From Gammaproteobacteria bacterium (GTDB lineage: Bacteria; Pseudomonadota; Gammaproteobacteria; Steroidobacterales; Steroidobacteraceae): 64,000 nucleotides of DNA. Below are positions 42,934 to 52,875 of the stretch, in pieces. The notes below the pieces were generated by a model. That model was not told the DNA's origin. It made no database searches and saw only the letters and a program-made list of their open reading frames with translations. Within the stretch, counting starts at the first letter, position 1; every line of letters begins with the position of its first letter. Both the position numbers and the translations under genes were made by a program. The stretch lies in assembly GCA_052386355.1 (NCBI GenBank), contig JBQTKF010000055.1:324-64323 (forward strand). Reading direction: 5' to 3'.

Positions 42934-43674
42934 ATGTTCGAGCCCCTGGGTTATGCGCCCGCGTACTTGCGGGTTTCTGAGGAGATCCGGGACCGGATCC
43001 TGCGCCGCGAGCTGTCGGAGGGCCAGGCGCTGCCGACCGAAACGGAGCTCGCGCGCCAGTTCGAGGTCAACCGCTCGACCGTCAGGGAAGCCCTGCGCAA
43101 GCTCGAAAGTGCTGGGCTCCTGGGCCGCCGCCGGGGCGGCAAGCGCCTCTACGTGACGCGGCCGACGCGCGAGGCGGTGGGCGGCGGGCTGTCGCAGGCG
43201 CTGGCGCTGCATCGGGTACGGGTCGTGGACGTCTGGGAGGCACTGCAGGCGGTGCAGCCCGGCATCGCCGCGGCCGCCGCCGCGCGCCGCGACGAGGCCG
43301 CGCTTGCGCGGCTGGAGACCGTGGCCTGGCGCTGCGCGGCGCGCGCGGGCGGGCGCGAACAGGCGGTCGCGGACATTGCCGAGTTCTTCGATGCGCTCGG
43401 CGAGGCCAGCGGCAACCCGGTGTTCGCGCTGCTGAACGAACCCCTGTTGCGGCTGCTGCGACCGAGTCTTGCGATCATCATCGATCGCGTCTCGCAGGCG
43501 CGCAGCCGCATCGAGGCGGCGCAGGCCAGGGTGGTGGCGGCGGTGCGGGCGCGTGACGAGACGACGGCCGCCGAGTGGATGGCACGCCACGTGCGCGACT
43601 TCCGCCGCGGTTTCGAAGTGGCCGGGATCCCGCTCTCGACCGAGGTCGGGGCGCCCGATGCGGCGCTCAGCTGA
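42934..43674 (+). CDS. GntR family transcriptional regulator, FadR (FCD) subfamily
   Basis: 246 aa with a winged-HTH ([29 protein letters not shown]) and a helical FCD-like C-terminal domain. Divergent from the liu operon. Confidence 0.85.
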   Translation: MFEPLGYAPAYLRVSEEIRDRILRRELSEGQALPTETELARQFEVNRSTVREALRKLESAGLLGRRRGGKRLYVTRPTREAVGGGLSQALALHRVRVVDVWEALQAVQPGIAAAAAARRDEAALARLETVAWRCAARAGGREQAVADIAEFFDALGEASGNPVFALLNEPLLRLLRPSLAIIIDRVSQARSRIEAAQARVVAAVRARDETTAAEWMARHVRDFRRGFEVAGIPLSTEVGAPDAALS

Positions 43675-44848
43675 GTTCGAGCGCGACCGCGGTTGCTTCA
43701 CCGCCGCCGATGCAGAGCGCGGCCACGCCGCGCCTGCCGCCGCGGTGGCGCAGGGCATGGATCAGGGTTGCCAGGATGCGCGCCCCGGTCGCGCCGATCG
43801 GGTGACCGAGCGCGCAGGCGCCGCCGTTCACGTTGACGCGATCATGGGTGAGGCCGATGTCCTTCATGGCCGCCATCGTCACGACCGCGAACGCCTCGTT
43901 GATCTCGTAGAGATCCACGTCGGCTGGCTCCCAGCCCGCGGTCTTCAATACCTTGGCGATCGCGCCGCCGGGCGCGGTCGTGAACCATTCGGGCTCGTGC
44001 GCATGGCTCGCGTGCGCCACGATTCGCGCGACCGGGGCGAGTTTCGAAGCCTGCGCCGCTTCCTCGCGCGCAAGCACGAGCGCCGCGGCACCGTCGGAAA
44101 TGGACGACGAACTCGCGGCGGTGACCGTGCCATCCTTGCCGAATGCGGGTTTCAGCTGCGGGATCCTGTCGATCGATACCGTGAACGGGGTCTCGTCGCG
44201 CTCGATCACGCGCTCTCCCTTGCGATCGGCGATCGTGACCGGCGCAATCTCGGCCGCGAAGGCGCCGGACTCGACCGCGGCGACGGCGCGTCGCACGGAC
44301 TCGGTCGCGAACGCATCCTGGTCGGCGCGCGTGAAGCCGTACTTCGCCGCGGTCGCGTCCGCGAAGCAGCCCATGAGCTTCCCGTCCCAGGGGCTCTGCA
44401 AGCCGTCGTAGAACATGTGGTCGAGGATCTCGCCATGGCCCATGCGGTAGCCGGCGCGCGCCTTCGGCAGCAGGTACGGCGCGTTGGTCATCGACTCGAG
44501 CCCGCCCGCAACGACGAAATCCGCGCCCCCGGCCGCGAGCTGATCGGCCGCGATCATCACGGCCTTCATGCCGGAACCGCACATCTTGTTGACCGTGGTC
44601 GAGGCGACCGCATTCGGCAGGCCGCCGCCGAGTGCCGCCTGGCGCGCGGGCGCCTGGCCCTGGCCTGCCGGCAGCACGCAACCCATGATGGCCTCGGTGA
44701 TCTGCGCCGGCTTGAGGCCGGAACTGGCGACCGCGGCCCTGATCGCGGCCGCGCCGAGGGCGTGCCCGGGGACCGGGGTGAAGACGCCGAGCATCGCGCC
44801 GATGGGCGTGCGCCGGGCCGAAAGGATGACGACGGTGTTCTTGGCCAT
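43667..44848 (-). CDS. Acetyl-CoA C-acetyltransferase (thiolase II)
   Basis: 393 aa starting [21 protein letters not shown]..., with [11 protein letters not shown] and [15 protein letters not shown]. Confidence 0.9.
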   Translation of the reverse strand: MAKNTVVILSARRTPIGAMLGVFTPVPGHALGAAAIRAAVASSGLKPAQITEAIMGCVLPAGQGQAPARQAALGGGLPNAVASTTVNKMCGSGMKAVMIAADQLAAGGADFVVAGGLESMTNAPYLLPKARAGYRMGHGEILDHMFYDGLQSPWDGKLMGCFADATAAKYGFTRADQDAFATESVRRAVAAVESGAFAAEIAPVTIADRKGERVIERDETPFTVSIDRIPQLKPAFGKDGTVTAASSSSISDGAAALVLAREEAAQASKLAPVARIVAHASHAHEPEWFTTAPGGAIAKVLKTAGWEPADVDLYEINEAFAVVTMAAMKDIGLTHDRVNVNGGACALGHPIGATGARILATLIHALRHRGGRRGVAALCIGGGEATAVALELS

Positions 44849-44943
44849 AGGCCGTTATTTTGCCCTGCAAAAGCGCGCTTGTCTCCCGGGCCGGGAGGCA
44901 GCGTCGCCAGCGGCTACACTCTGGTTTCCCGCGGGAGGACCGC

Positions 44944-47900
44944 ATGAGTAGCCCGGCCGAACGCATCGACAAGGCTGCCGCAGCGGCGCGCGGCCCGCTG
45001 CGCTTCGTCAGCGCTGCCTCGCTTTTCGATGGTCACGACGCGGCCATCAACATCATCCGCCGCATTCTCCAGGCGCACGGCGCCGAGGTGATCCACCTTG
45101 GCCACAACCGCAGCGTCGCCGACATCGTGCGCGCCGCCATCCAGGAGGACGCCGACGGCGTCGCTGTCAGCAGCTACCAGGGCGGGCACAACGAGTATTT
45201 CCGCTACATGGTGGACATGCTGCGCGACCAGGGTGCCGGCCACGTGAAGGTCGTCGTCGGCGGCGGCGGCACCATCGCCCCGCAGGAGGTCGAGGAACTC
45301 GAGGCCTACGGCGTCGCGAAGATCTATACCCCCGACGACGGCCTGCGCATGGGCCTCGACGGCATGATCGACGACGTGTTCCGCCGCGTGCTCGCGGCAC
45401 CGCGACCGGCCTGGGAGGGCGGCACCGTTTCCGCGGAGGATCCCGTCAGGCTCGCCCGCGCGATCACGGCGCTCGAACTCGGCGCGGACGCCGACCTCAT
45501 CGCGCGCATCCGCAAGGATTCGGGCAAGACGCTCAATCGGCCGCCGGTGCTCGGCATCACCGGGACGGGAGGTGCCGGCAAGTCTTCCCTCACCGACGAG
45601 ATCCTGAACCGCATCGTCCGTTTCTTCCCGGACCGGCGCGTGGCGGTGGTCGCCATGGACCCGACCCGCCGCCGCACCGGCGGCGCGCTCCTCGGCGACC
45701 GCATCCGCATGAATGCGCTGGCGAACGACCGGCTGTTCATGCGCTCGCTGGCGACGCGCCGCCAGCACCTCGCGACCTCCGCGGTGCTCGCGGACACGGT
45801 ACAGCTGCTGAAATCCGCTGGTTTCGACCTGGTCGTGGTGGAAACCGCCGGCATCGGCCAGAGCGATTCCGAGGTCGTGGACCTGGTCGACCTCTCGATG
45901 TACGTAATGACCGCCGACTACGGCGCTGCGAGCCAGCTCGAGAAGATCGACATGCTGGACTTCGCCGATTTCATCGTGTTGAACAAGTTCGAGAAGCGCG
46001 GCGCCGAGGACGCGCTGCGGGACGTGCGCAAGCAGGTCGGACGCAACCGCAAGCTGTTCAAGACGCCGCCAGCCGAACTGCCGGTGTTCCCGACGATCGC
46101 AAGCCAGTTCAACGACGCGGGCGTCAACGCGTTGTTCGCCGCGCTGTGCACACGCCTGCACCAGCAATGGGGCCGGCTGCGCCCGTGGGAGCCGCAGGGT
46201 CTGGCGCCGCAGGGCGAGCCGAAGCGCCAGGCCATCATCCCCGGTTCGCGGGTGCGGTACCTCGCGGAGATCGCGGCCGGCGGGCGCGGTGCGCACGGCA
46301 AGGCGGAGGAAGCGGCGCAGGCGGCATCGCGCGCGCACGGGCTCTACCGTGCGCTCGCCGCGCTGTCCGATCCGGGCCTGCCCCCGCCGCTCGAGCGCTA
46401 TCCCGACGCGGCGCTCGCGGGCAGCGACGCCGTCCCGCGGTTGCGGCGCGAGTACCACGCGGCGCTCGATGCGGTCGGCGGCGAGGGCGTGGCGCTCCTG
46501 CAAGCATGGCCCGCGCGGCGGACCGCCGCCCAGGCCGATGAATACAGCTACCGCGTGCGCGAGCGCGAAGTGCGCGGGCCGAACACCACCGAGTCGCTGT
46601 CGCACCTGCACCTGCCCAAAGTCGCCGCGCCGCAGTTCGAGGACTGGGGCGCGCAACTGCGGTTCCTCATGACCGAGAACCTGCCGGGCAGCTATCCCTT
46701 CACCGGCGGCATCTATCCCTACCGCCGCGCGGACGAGGATCCGACCCGCATGTTCGCGGGCGAGGGCATGCCCGAGCGCACCAACCGCCGCTTCCACTAC
46801 CTGGCGCGCGGCCACAAGTCGGCGCGGCTGTCGACGGCTTTCGACTCCACCACGCTCTACGGAGAGGACCCTGACGAGCGGCCGGACATCTACGGGCGCA
46901 TCGGCAACTCGGGTGTCTCGATCGCCACCCTCGACGACATGAAGCGGCTGTATTCCGGCTTCGACCTGTGTGCGGCTTCAACCTCCGTTTCGATGACGAT
47001 CAACGGCCCGGCGCCGATGATCCTCGCGATGTTCATGAATACCGCGGTCGACCAGCAGGTCGAGCGCTGGCTGCGCGAGAACGGCCGATGGGCCGAGGCC
47101 GAGGCCGCCATCGCGAAGCGCTTCACCGGCCGCGAACGGCCGCGCTACCGGGGCGAGCTGCCGCCGGGCCACGACGGCTCCGGCCTCGGCCTGCTCGGCG
47201 TCAGCGGCGACCAGGTTGTCGACCCGGAAACCTACGCCAAGATCCGCGAGGGCGCGCTCGCGCGCGTGCGCGGCACCGTGCAGGCCGACATCCTCAAGGA
47301 GGACCAGGCGCAGAACACCTGCATCTTCTCGACGGAATTCGCGCTGCGGATGATGGGCGATGTGCAGCAGTACTTCATCGACCACCGCGTGCGGAATTTC
47401 TACTCCGTGTCGATCTCCGGTTACCACATTGCGGAGGCCGGCGCCAACCCGGTGTCGCAACTCGCCTTCACGCTGGCCAACGGGTTCACGATCGTCGAGT
47501 ACTACCTCTCGCGCGGCATGACGATCGACGCGTTCGCGCCCAACCTGTCGTTCTTCTTCTCGAACGGCATGGACCCCGAGTACGCCGTCATCGGCCGGGT
47601 CGCGCGCCGGATCTGGGCGCGCGCGATGCGCGAGCGCTACGGCGCTTCCCCGCGCAGCCAGATGCTGAAGTACCACGTGCAGACCTCGGGACGCTCGCTG
47701 CACGCGCGGGAAATCCAGTTCAACGACATCCGCACCACGCTGCAGGCGATGTACGCGCTGTTCGATTCCTGCAACAGCCTGCACACCAACGCCTACGACG
47801 AGGCGCTCACCACGCCCACAGAGGAAAGCGTGCGCCGCGCGGTCGCGATCCAGCTGATCATCGCGCGCGAGCTGGGGCTCAACTTCAATCAGAATCCCTG

Positions 47901-48372
47901 GCAGGGCTCATTCGTGATGGAGCGCCTCACCGACCTGGTCGAGGAGGCGGTGTACCGCGAGTTCGAGAGCCTGTCGGAGCGCGGCGGCGTGCTGGGCGCG
48001 ATGGAAACCATGTACCAGCGCGGCAAGATCCAGGAGGAGTCGCTGTACTACGAGCAGAAGAAGCACGACGGCAGCCTGCCGATCGTGGGCGTAAATACTT
48101 TCCTGCCGGAGCATGCAAGCCACGACGAGATCCGGAACGCCGAGCTGATCCGCTCGACCGAGCAGGAGAAGCAGGCGCAGGTGGAGGCCGTCGGCGCCTA
48201 CAACGAGGCGCACGCCGCCGCCCAGGGCGAGGCGCTGGCGCGCCTCCAGCGGACGGCCGCGGAGGGCGGGAACGTGTTCGGCGACCTGATGGAGACCGTG
48301 AAATCCGCCTCGCTCGGTCGCATCTCTCGCGCGCTCTACGCGGTCGGCGGCCAGTACCGCCGCAACATGTGA
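44944..48372 (+). CDS. icmF: Fused isobutyryl-CoA mutase IcmF (B12-binding domain + MeaB-like GTPase + mutase domain)
   Basis: 1142 aa from ATG 44944. N-terminal B12 domain (SLFDGHDAAINIIRRIL), P-loop GITGTGGAGKSSL, then a methylmalonyl/isobutyryl-CoA mutase-like catalytic domain. Confidence 0.9.
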   Translation: MSSPAERIDKAAAAARGPLRFVSAASLFDGHDAAINIIRRILQAHGAEVIHLGHNRSVADIVRAAIQEDADGVAVSSYQGGHNEYFRYMVDMLRDQGAGHVKVVVGGGGTIAPQEVEELEAYGVAKIYTPDDGLRMGLDGMIDDVFRRVLAAPRPAWEGGTVSAEDPVRLARAITALELGADADLIARIRKDSGKTLNRPPVLGITGTGGAGKSSLTDEILNRIVRFFPDRRVAVVAMDPTRRRTGGALLGDRIRMNALANDRLFMRSLATRRQHLATSAVLADTVQLLKSAGFDLVVVETAGIGQSDSEVVDLVDLSMYVMTADYGAASQLEKIDMLDFADFIVLNKFEKRGAEDALRDVRKQVGRNRKLFKTPPAELPVFPTIASQFNDAGVNALFAALCTRLHQQWGRLRPWEPQGLAPQGEPKRQAIIPGSRVRYLAEIAAGGRGAHGKAEEAAQAASRAHGLYRALAALSDPGLPPPLERYPDAALAGSDAVPRLRREYHAALDAVGGEGVALLQAWPARRTAAQADEYSYRVREREVRGPNTTESLSHLHLPKVAAPQFEDWGAQLRFLMTENLPGSYPFTGGIYPYRRADEDPTRMFAGEGMPERTNRRFHYLARGHKSARLSTAFDSTTLYGEDPDERPDIYGRIGNSGVSIATLDDMKRLYSGFDLCAASTSVSMTINGPAPMILAMFMNTAVDQQVERWLRENGRWAEAEAAIAKRFTGRERPRYRGELPPGHDGSGLGLLGVSGDQVVDPETYAKIREGALARVRGTVQADILKEDQAQNTCIFSTEFALRMMGDVQQYFIDHRVRNFYSVSISGYHIAEAGANPVSQLAFTLANGFTIVEYYLSRGMTIDAFAPNLSFFFSNGMDPEYAVIGRVARRIWARAMRERYGASPRSQMLKYHVQTSGRSLHAREIQFNDIRTTLQAMYALFDSCNSLHTNAYDEALTTPTEESVRRAVAIQLIIARELGLNFNQNPWQGSFVMERLTDLVEEAVYREFESLSERGGVLGAMETMYQRGKIQEESLYYEQKKHDGSLPIVGVNTFLPEHASHDEIRNAELIRSTEQEKQAQVEAVGAYNEAHAAAQGEALARLQRTAAEGGNVFGDLMETVKSASLGRISRALYAVGGQYRRNM

Positions 48373-48373
48373 G

Positions 48374-48424
48374 AAAGGGGACGTTCGCCTTTTCTGCGCT
48401 GCAGAAAAGGTGAACGTCCCATTT
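48374..48424. terminator. Bidirectional intrinsic terminator hairpin between icmF and the acyltransferase gene
   Basis: AAAGGGGACGTTCGCCTTTTCTGC - gct - GCAGAAAAGGTGAACGTCCCATTT gives about 20 bp with one G.U pair. It is followed by a T-rich tail on the plus strand (ATTTTCCCTTTTTCT) and by TTTCT on the minus strand. Confidence 0.75.
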
Positions 48425-48440
48425 TCCCTTTTTCTAGTTC

Positions 48441-49160
48441 CTACAGCAGCGGTTCGCCGACCGCGGCCGCAATGCGGGCGCGCACGCCGTCGCGCAGTAC
48501 CGCCGCGGCGTCGCTCTGGCCGGTGGCTGGCACCTCGGGGTCCAGCGCCTCCACTTCGATGCGTCCCCAGCGCGGCAGCAGCGTCTTCGCCCGCAGGATC
48601 CGGCGCGTGCCGCGGATCGCGACCGCCGCGACCGGCACGCCGGCGCGCACTGCAGCGGCGAAGGCGCCGCTGTGGAATCGCCCGACGCCGGTCTCGGCGC
48701 GGAAGGTCCCCTCGGGGAAGAACGCGACTGCCTGCCCCTGTTCGACGGCGCGCAGGATGCGCCGGGCGTCGCCGGCTCCCTCGTGGCGGTTCATGCGCTC
48801 GACGAAATGGTGACCGAGGCGGCGCATCAGGAGTCCCGCGATCGGCAGGCGCGAGGCCTCCTTCTTGACCACGAATCCGAAGCGCGGCGGCAGGCAGGCG
48901 AAGAGCAGCGGCCCGTCCACGTAGCTCGCATGATTCGCCACGATAATGCAGGGGCCCGGCGGCAGCCGTTCCATGCCCGACACACGGACCGGCAGCCCGC
49001 AGAGCGGAAAATACGCGCGGCAGACGAATCGCGCGCCGGCGCGGCGCGCGCGGAGCGACGGCAGCAGGAGGATGGGCACCGCCGCCAGCAGCAGCATCGG
49101 CAGCAGCAGGAGCCACATCCAGATTCCCCACAACAGGCGCAACGGGTTCGGGAGGGTCAC
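48441..49160 (-). CDS. 1-acyl-sn-glycerol-3-phosphate acyltransferase family protein
   Basis: 239 aa with an N-terminal TM helix, the HX4D motif NHASYVD and the FPEGT motif. GTG start. Confidence 0.8.
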   Translation of the reverse strand: MTLPNPLRLLWGIWMWLLLLPMLLLAAVPILLLPSLRARRAGARFVCRAYFPLCGLPVRVSGMERLPPGPCIIVANHASYVDGPLLFACLPPRFGFVVKKEASRLPIAGLLMRRLGHHFVERMNRHEGAGDARRILRAVEQGQAVAFFPEGTFRAETGVGRFHSGAFAAAVRAGVPVAAVAIRGTRRILRAKTLLPRWGRIEVEALDPEVPATGQSDAAAVLRDGVRARIAAAVGEPLL

Positions 49161-49353
49161 CGGCGGCGGTCCTCGGGCACGACGTACTGTGAACTGGTTC
49201 CGGTTATGTTAATGGTCGTCGGCGCCCTGTGAGCCGGGTCACGTTCGACCCTGTCGGAGGGGAACCATACTGCGTCTGCATTCTGTTGCACCAGCGTGCC
49301 GCGGGGGAGCCTGCGGCGGCGCCGCTGTCCGCGAACGGAAGCAGGACGGGCAC

Positions 49354-50313
49354 ATGAGCGCAGCTATGAAATCCTCGACCTCGGTGCGTGCGGCGACCCT
49401 CGCCGCCGCAGATGCGGCGGACGGGATGATCGAGCCCATGATCCTGCGCTTCCTCGACGCGGTCTGGATGGAGCGCGGACTTTCGCCGAATACGCTCGCC
49501 GCCTACCGCGCTGACCTCACGGCGCTGTCCCGCTGGCTGCGCCAGCGCGGCACCGCGCTCGCAAAGACCACGCGCAACGACCTGCTGGCCTTCATCGCCT
49601 GGCGCGTCGAGACCGGCGCGCGGCCGCGCTCGACGGCGCGCCAGTTGTCGAGTTTCCGGCGCTTCTTCCGTTACCTGGTACGCGAGGGCGCGATCCAGGA
49701 GGACCCGACTGCGCAGATCGCGATGCCGAAGATCGGGCGCAGCCTGCCGCGCTCGCTGACCGAGGCGCAGGTGGATTCGCTGCTCGGCGCCCCGCAGACC
49801 ACCGACCCGCTCGGCCACCGCGACCGCACCATGCTCGAGGTGCTGTACGCCACGGGGCTGCGCGTCTCGGAACTGGTGAGCCTGCGGCATGGCCAGGTCA
49901 ACCTGAACCAGGGCGTGCTGCGCATCGTTGGCAAGGGCAACCGCGAGCGCATGATTCCGCTCGGGGAGGAGGCGGTGCGCTGGCTCGGCGAGTTCGTGCG
50001 TGGCGCCCGCGGCGAAATCCTGCTCGACCGCCAGACCGACCACCTGTTCCCGACGCGGCGCGGAGACCGCATGACGCGGCAGGCGTTCTGGCACATCATC
50101 AAGCGCTACTCGAAGAAGGCTGGCATCGACAAGGACCTTTCGCCGCACACGCTGCGCCACGCATTCGCGACCCACCTGCTGAACCATGGCGCCGACCTGC
50201 GCGTGGTGCAGTTGCTGCTCGGCCACAGCGACCTTTCGACCACCCAGATCTACACGCACGTGGCGCGGGAGCGCATGAAAGAGCTTCACGCCCAGCATCA
50301 TCCGCGCGGCTGA
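49354..50313 (+). CDS. xerD: Site-specific tyrosine recombinase XerD
   Basis: FLDAVWMERGLSPNTLAAYRADL, RDRTMLEVLYATGLRVSEL and HTLRHAFATHLL..GADLRVVQLLLGHSDLSTTQIYTHV. The start may lie downstream at about 49426 (MIEPMILRFLD). Confidence 0.88.
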   Translation: MSAAMKSSTSVRAATLAAADAADGMIEPMILRFLDAVWMERGLSPNTLAAYRADLTALSRWLRQRGTALAKTTRNDLLAFIAWRVETGARPRSTARQLSSFRRFFRYLVREGAIQEDPTAQIAMPKIGRSLPRSLTEAQVDSLLGAPQTTDPLGHRDRTMLEVLYATGLRVSELVSLRHGQVNLNQGVLRIVGKGNRERMIPLGEEAVRWLGEFVRGARGEILLDRQTDHLFPTRRGDRMTRQAFWHIIKRYSKKAGIDKDLSPHTLRHAFATHLLNHGADLRVVQLLLGHSDLSTTQIYTHVARERMKELHAQHHPRG

Positions 50314-50380
50314 TAGACTGACGGGGTCGAACCGCGGGCCCCGGCCGCGGTCAAACCATCGGCCCGTATCCGAGACGCGC

Positions 50381-51124
50381 GTGAAACCGACCCTCCGCCT
50401 GCTGATTCCCGTGGCCGCCGCGACACTGGTCGCCGCGGCCGCCTTGGGCGAGCCCGCCACCCGCCGCGACGTGCGCGCCGAGATTGCGCGCCGGCTCGAG
50501 GTCGACATCGAGAGCGTCAAGCCATCGCCGATCGCCGGTCTGTACGAGATCCGCTCCGGCGCCGAGGTCGGCTACGTGTCCGTGGACGGGCGCTTCTACG
50601 TCGACGGCGACGTGTTCGACATGCAGTCGCGCGAGAACCTCACCGAGGTGCGCCGCCAGGAAGGCCGGCTCGGGCTGCTCCACAAGGTGGCGGACGGCGA
50701 AGCGATCGTGTTTGCGCCGGCCGGGCAGATGCGCCACACGCTGACGGTGTTCACCGACATTGACTGCGCCTACTGCCGGCGCATGCACCAGGAGATGGCC
50801 GAGCTCAACCGGCTCGGCATCCGCGTGCGCTACCTGCTGTACCCGCGCGGCGGGCCGGGTTCCGAGTCCTGGAAGAAGGCCGAGGCGGTCTGGTGTAGCG
50901 CCGACCGCAAGGACGCGCTCACCCGCGCCAAACGCGGCGAAACGATGAAGGCGGGCCGTTGCGAGTCACCGGTCGCCGCGCACTATGCGCTCGGTCGCGA
51001 GATGGGCATCCGCGGCACGCCCGGCCTGATCACCGACCGCGGCGAATACCTGGCCGGCTACCTGCCGGCGGCGCAGCTGGCGCAATACCTGGAAGCGCCG
51101 GCCGCGGACGCGGCCTCCGACTGA
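50381..51124 (+). CDS. dsbC: Thiol:disulfide interchange protein DsbC
   Basis: 247 aa with a signal peptide, an N-terminal dimerisation domain and a thioredoxin domain carrying FTDIDCAYCRRMH. Confidence 0.85.
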   Translation: MKPTLRLLIPVAAATLVAAAALGEPATRRDVRAEIARRLEVDIESVKPSPIAGLYEIRSGAEVGYVSVDGRFYVDGDVFDMQSRENLTEVRRQEGRLGLLHKVADGEAIVFAPAGQMRHTLTVFTDIDCAYCRRMHQEMAELNRLGIRVRYLLYPRGGPGSESWKKAEAVWCSADRKDALTRAKRGETMKAGRCESPVAAHYALGREMGIRGTPGLITDRGEYLAGYLPAAQLAQYLEAPAADAASD

Positions 51125-51448
51125 TCAGCGCTCGAGCAGCGCGGCCTTGTCCTTGACGTCTTTCCACTGGTCGGCGTCCGCCGGTGGCTCGCCGCGCTGC
51201 GTGATGACCGGCCACTCCTTTGCGAGTTCGGCATTGAGCGCAAGGTACTGCTCCTGCCCGGCGGGCACTTCCTCCTCGGAATAGATCGCCTCCACGGGGC
51301 ATTCGGGTTCGCACAGCGTGCAGTCGATGCATTCCTCGGGGTCGATCACCAGGAAGTTCGGACCCTCGTGGAAGCAGTCCACGGGGCACACCTCCACGCA
51401 GTCCATGTACTTGCACTTGATGCACGATTCGGTGACGACGAACGTCAT
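51125..51448 (-). CDS. fdxA: 7Fe ferredoxin (Azotobacter type, [3Fe-4S][4Fe-4S])
   Basis: 107 aa starting [51 protein letters not shown]... Confidence 0.92.
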   Translation of the reverse strand: MTFVVTESCIKCKYMDCVEVCPVDCFHEGPNFLVIDPEECIDCTLCEPECPVEAIYSEEEVPAGQEQYLALNAELAKEWPVITQRGEPPADADQWKDVKDKAALLER

Positions 51449-51506
51449 CGGCGCTCCGGTCGGTCTGGCAGCGGCGCATTGTGCCACAGGCACACGTCCG
51501 GGAAGC

Positions 51507-52049
51507 TCAGGCCGGTGGCGGGCGCTCGATCGCGGTGAAGTGCAGTTCCTGGCGGCCCGCCGCACGGTCCTCGAAGTAGCGGCGCAGCGCGAACGCGACG
51601 CTCGGGAAGGCGAGTTCCGGCCACGGAACGTCGTCTTCGGCCGCGAGCTTCACCTCGAGGCTCTCGGCGCCGACGCCGAAGTCCGGCCCTGCCAGCGTGG
51701 CGCGGAACATCACGTGCACCTGCGCTGCGTGCAGCACGTGCACGATTGCGCAGGGTCGTCCGATCTCGACGCGCGCCAGCGCCTCTTCCCAGCACTCGCG
51801 TGCGGCCGCCTGCTGCAGGGTCTCGCCGTTCTCCATGAAGCCTGCCGGCACCGTCCAGTAGCCGCGACGCGGCTCGATCGCACGGCGGCACAGGAGAATG
51901 CGGCCGCCGGCCTCCGGCACGCAGCCGGCGACCAGCTTCGGGTTCTGGTAGTGGATCGCGCCGCAGGCCGTGCACACATCCCGCGGGAGATGGTCGCCTT
52001 CGGGGACGCGGCGCGCCACCGGCCCACCGCAGGTCGGGCAAAAGTTCAT
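51507..52049 (-). CDS. NUDIX hydrolase with N-terminal zinc ribbon
   Basis: 180 aa from the ATG at 52049. CPTCGG...CTACG zinc ribbon and Nudix box [21 protein letters not shown]. Confidence 0.8.
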   Translation of the reverse strand: MNFCPTCGGPVARRVPEGDHLPRDVCTACGAIHYQNPKLVAGCVPEAGGRILLCRRAIEPRRGYWTVPAGFMENGETLQQAAARECWEEALARVEIGRPCAIVHVLHAAQVHVMFRATLAGPDFGVGAESLEVKLAAEDDVPWPELAFPSVAFALRRYFEDRAAGRQELHFTAIERPPPA

Positions 52050-52141
52050 CGGCGCGATTGTGGTCGCCTGCGGCGGTGCTGCCAAGCCGCGGCCCGCGCG
52101 CGACGGGGGACGGCCGCGGCCTTATACTCGCCCTCCGCGCG

Positions 52142-52228
52142 GCCGGGATGGCGGAATTGGCAGACGCAGTGGACTCAAAATCCACCGGTGGCGACATCGT
52201 GCGAGTTCGAGTCTCGCTCCCGGCACCA
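52142..52228 (+). tRNA. tRNA-Leu (anticodon CAA)
   Basis: Folded by hand. Acceptor stem GCCGGGA/TCCCGGC, anticodon stem GTGGA/TCCAC with loop CTCAAAA (anticodon CAA), a long variable arm (class II), T-arm GCGAG-TTCGAGT-CTCGC and an encoded CCA. Confidence 0.93.
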
Positions 52229-52287
52229 GCCTGAATAAATCGCTCCGGCCCGCGACCTTTTCCGGGCCAGGGGCATCTAAGCGCCCG

Positions 52288-52875
52288 ATGCCCCGCATCA
52301 GTGACATCCAGATCCCGGCCACGCTGGTCGCGGCTGCGCGCCATGGTGACCCAGCCGCCCTGGAGGCCGTCTACCAGGCTACGGCCGGCGCGCTCTATAC
52401 GCTGCTGCGGCGGCTGGTGCGGCGCCCGGCCATTGCCGAGGAACTGCTGCAGGAAACTTTCGTGGACGTGATCGAGCACATCGGCGCCTACGAAGGCCGC
52501 TGCCCGCTGCCGTCCTGGATTCGCTCGATCGCCGTCAACCGCGCGTTGATGTACCTGCGCTCGCCCTGGCACCGGAGCCTCGAATGGCTCGACAAGGATC
52601 CGGCCGGCGCGGATCGCCTCGCCGGCGTGGCGCTTGCCGCCGACGCAATGCCGGACGCCTCGCTCGAGCGCGCGCTGATGACCCTGCCGGCCGTATCGCG
52701 CGCCGTCGTGTGGCTGCACGACGTGGAGGGTTATACGCACGTCGAAATCGGCCAGGCGCTCGGACGGACGCCGAGCTTCTCGAAGACGCAGCTGTCGCGC
52801 GCACATGCGCGCCTGCGCACGGCGCTCGCGACGCCGGTTCCGCTCGCGGAGGGAACGCCATGCACGCCGACCTGA
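52288..52875 (+). CDS. ECF (sigma-70 family, group IV) RNA polymerase sigma factor
   Basis: 195 aa from ATG 52288. Region 2 (AEELLQETFVDVIEHI...W..SIAVNRALMYLR) and region 4 HTH (GYTHVEIGQALGRTPSFSKTQLSRA). Confidence 0.85.
   Translation: MPRISDIQIPATLVAAARHGDPAALEAVYQATAGALYTLLRRLVRRPAIAEELLQETFVDVIEHIGAYEGRCPLPSWIRSIAVNRALMYLRSPWHRSLEWLDKDPAGADRLAGVALAADAMPDASLERALMTLPAVSRAVVWLHDVEGYTHVEIGQALGRTPSFSKTQLSRAHARLRTALATPVPLAEGTPCTPT

Noticed and set aside
49354-52228. Tyrosine recombinase gene within 2 kb of a tRNA-Leu gene, considered as a possible integrative island or prophage boundary.
   Set aside because: The recombinase has full XerD signature blocks and the conserved xerD-dsbC neighbourhood. 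No direct repeat of the tRNA 3' end, no phage or IS genes and no compositional break are visible around it.
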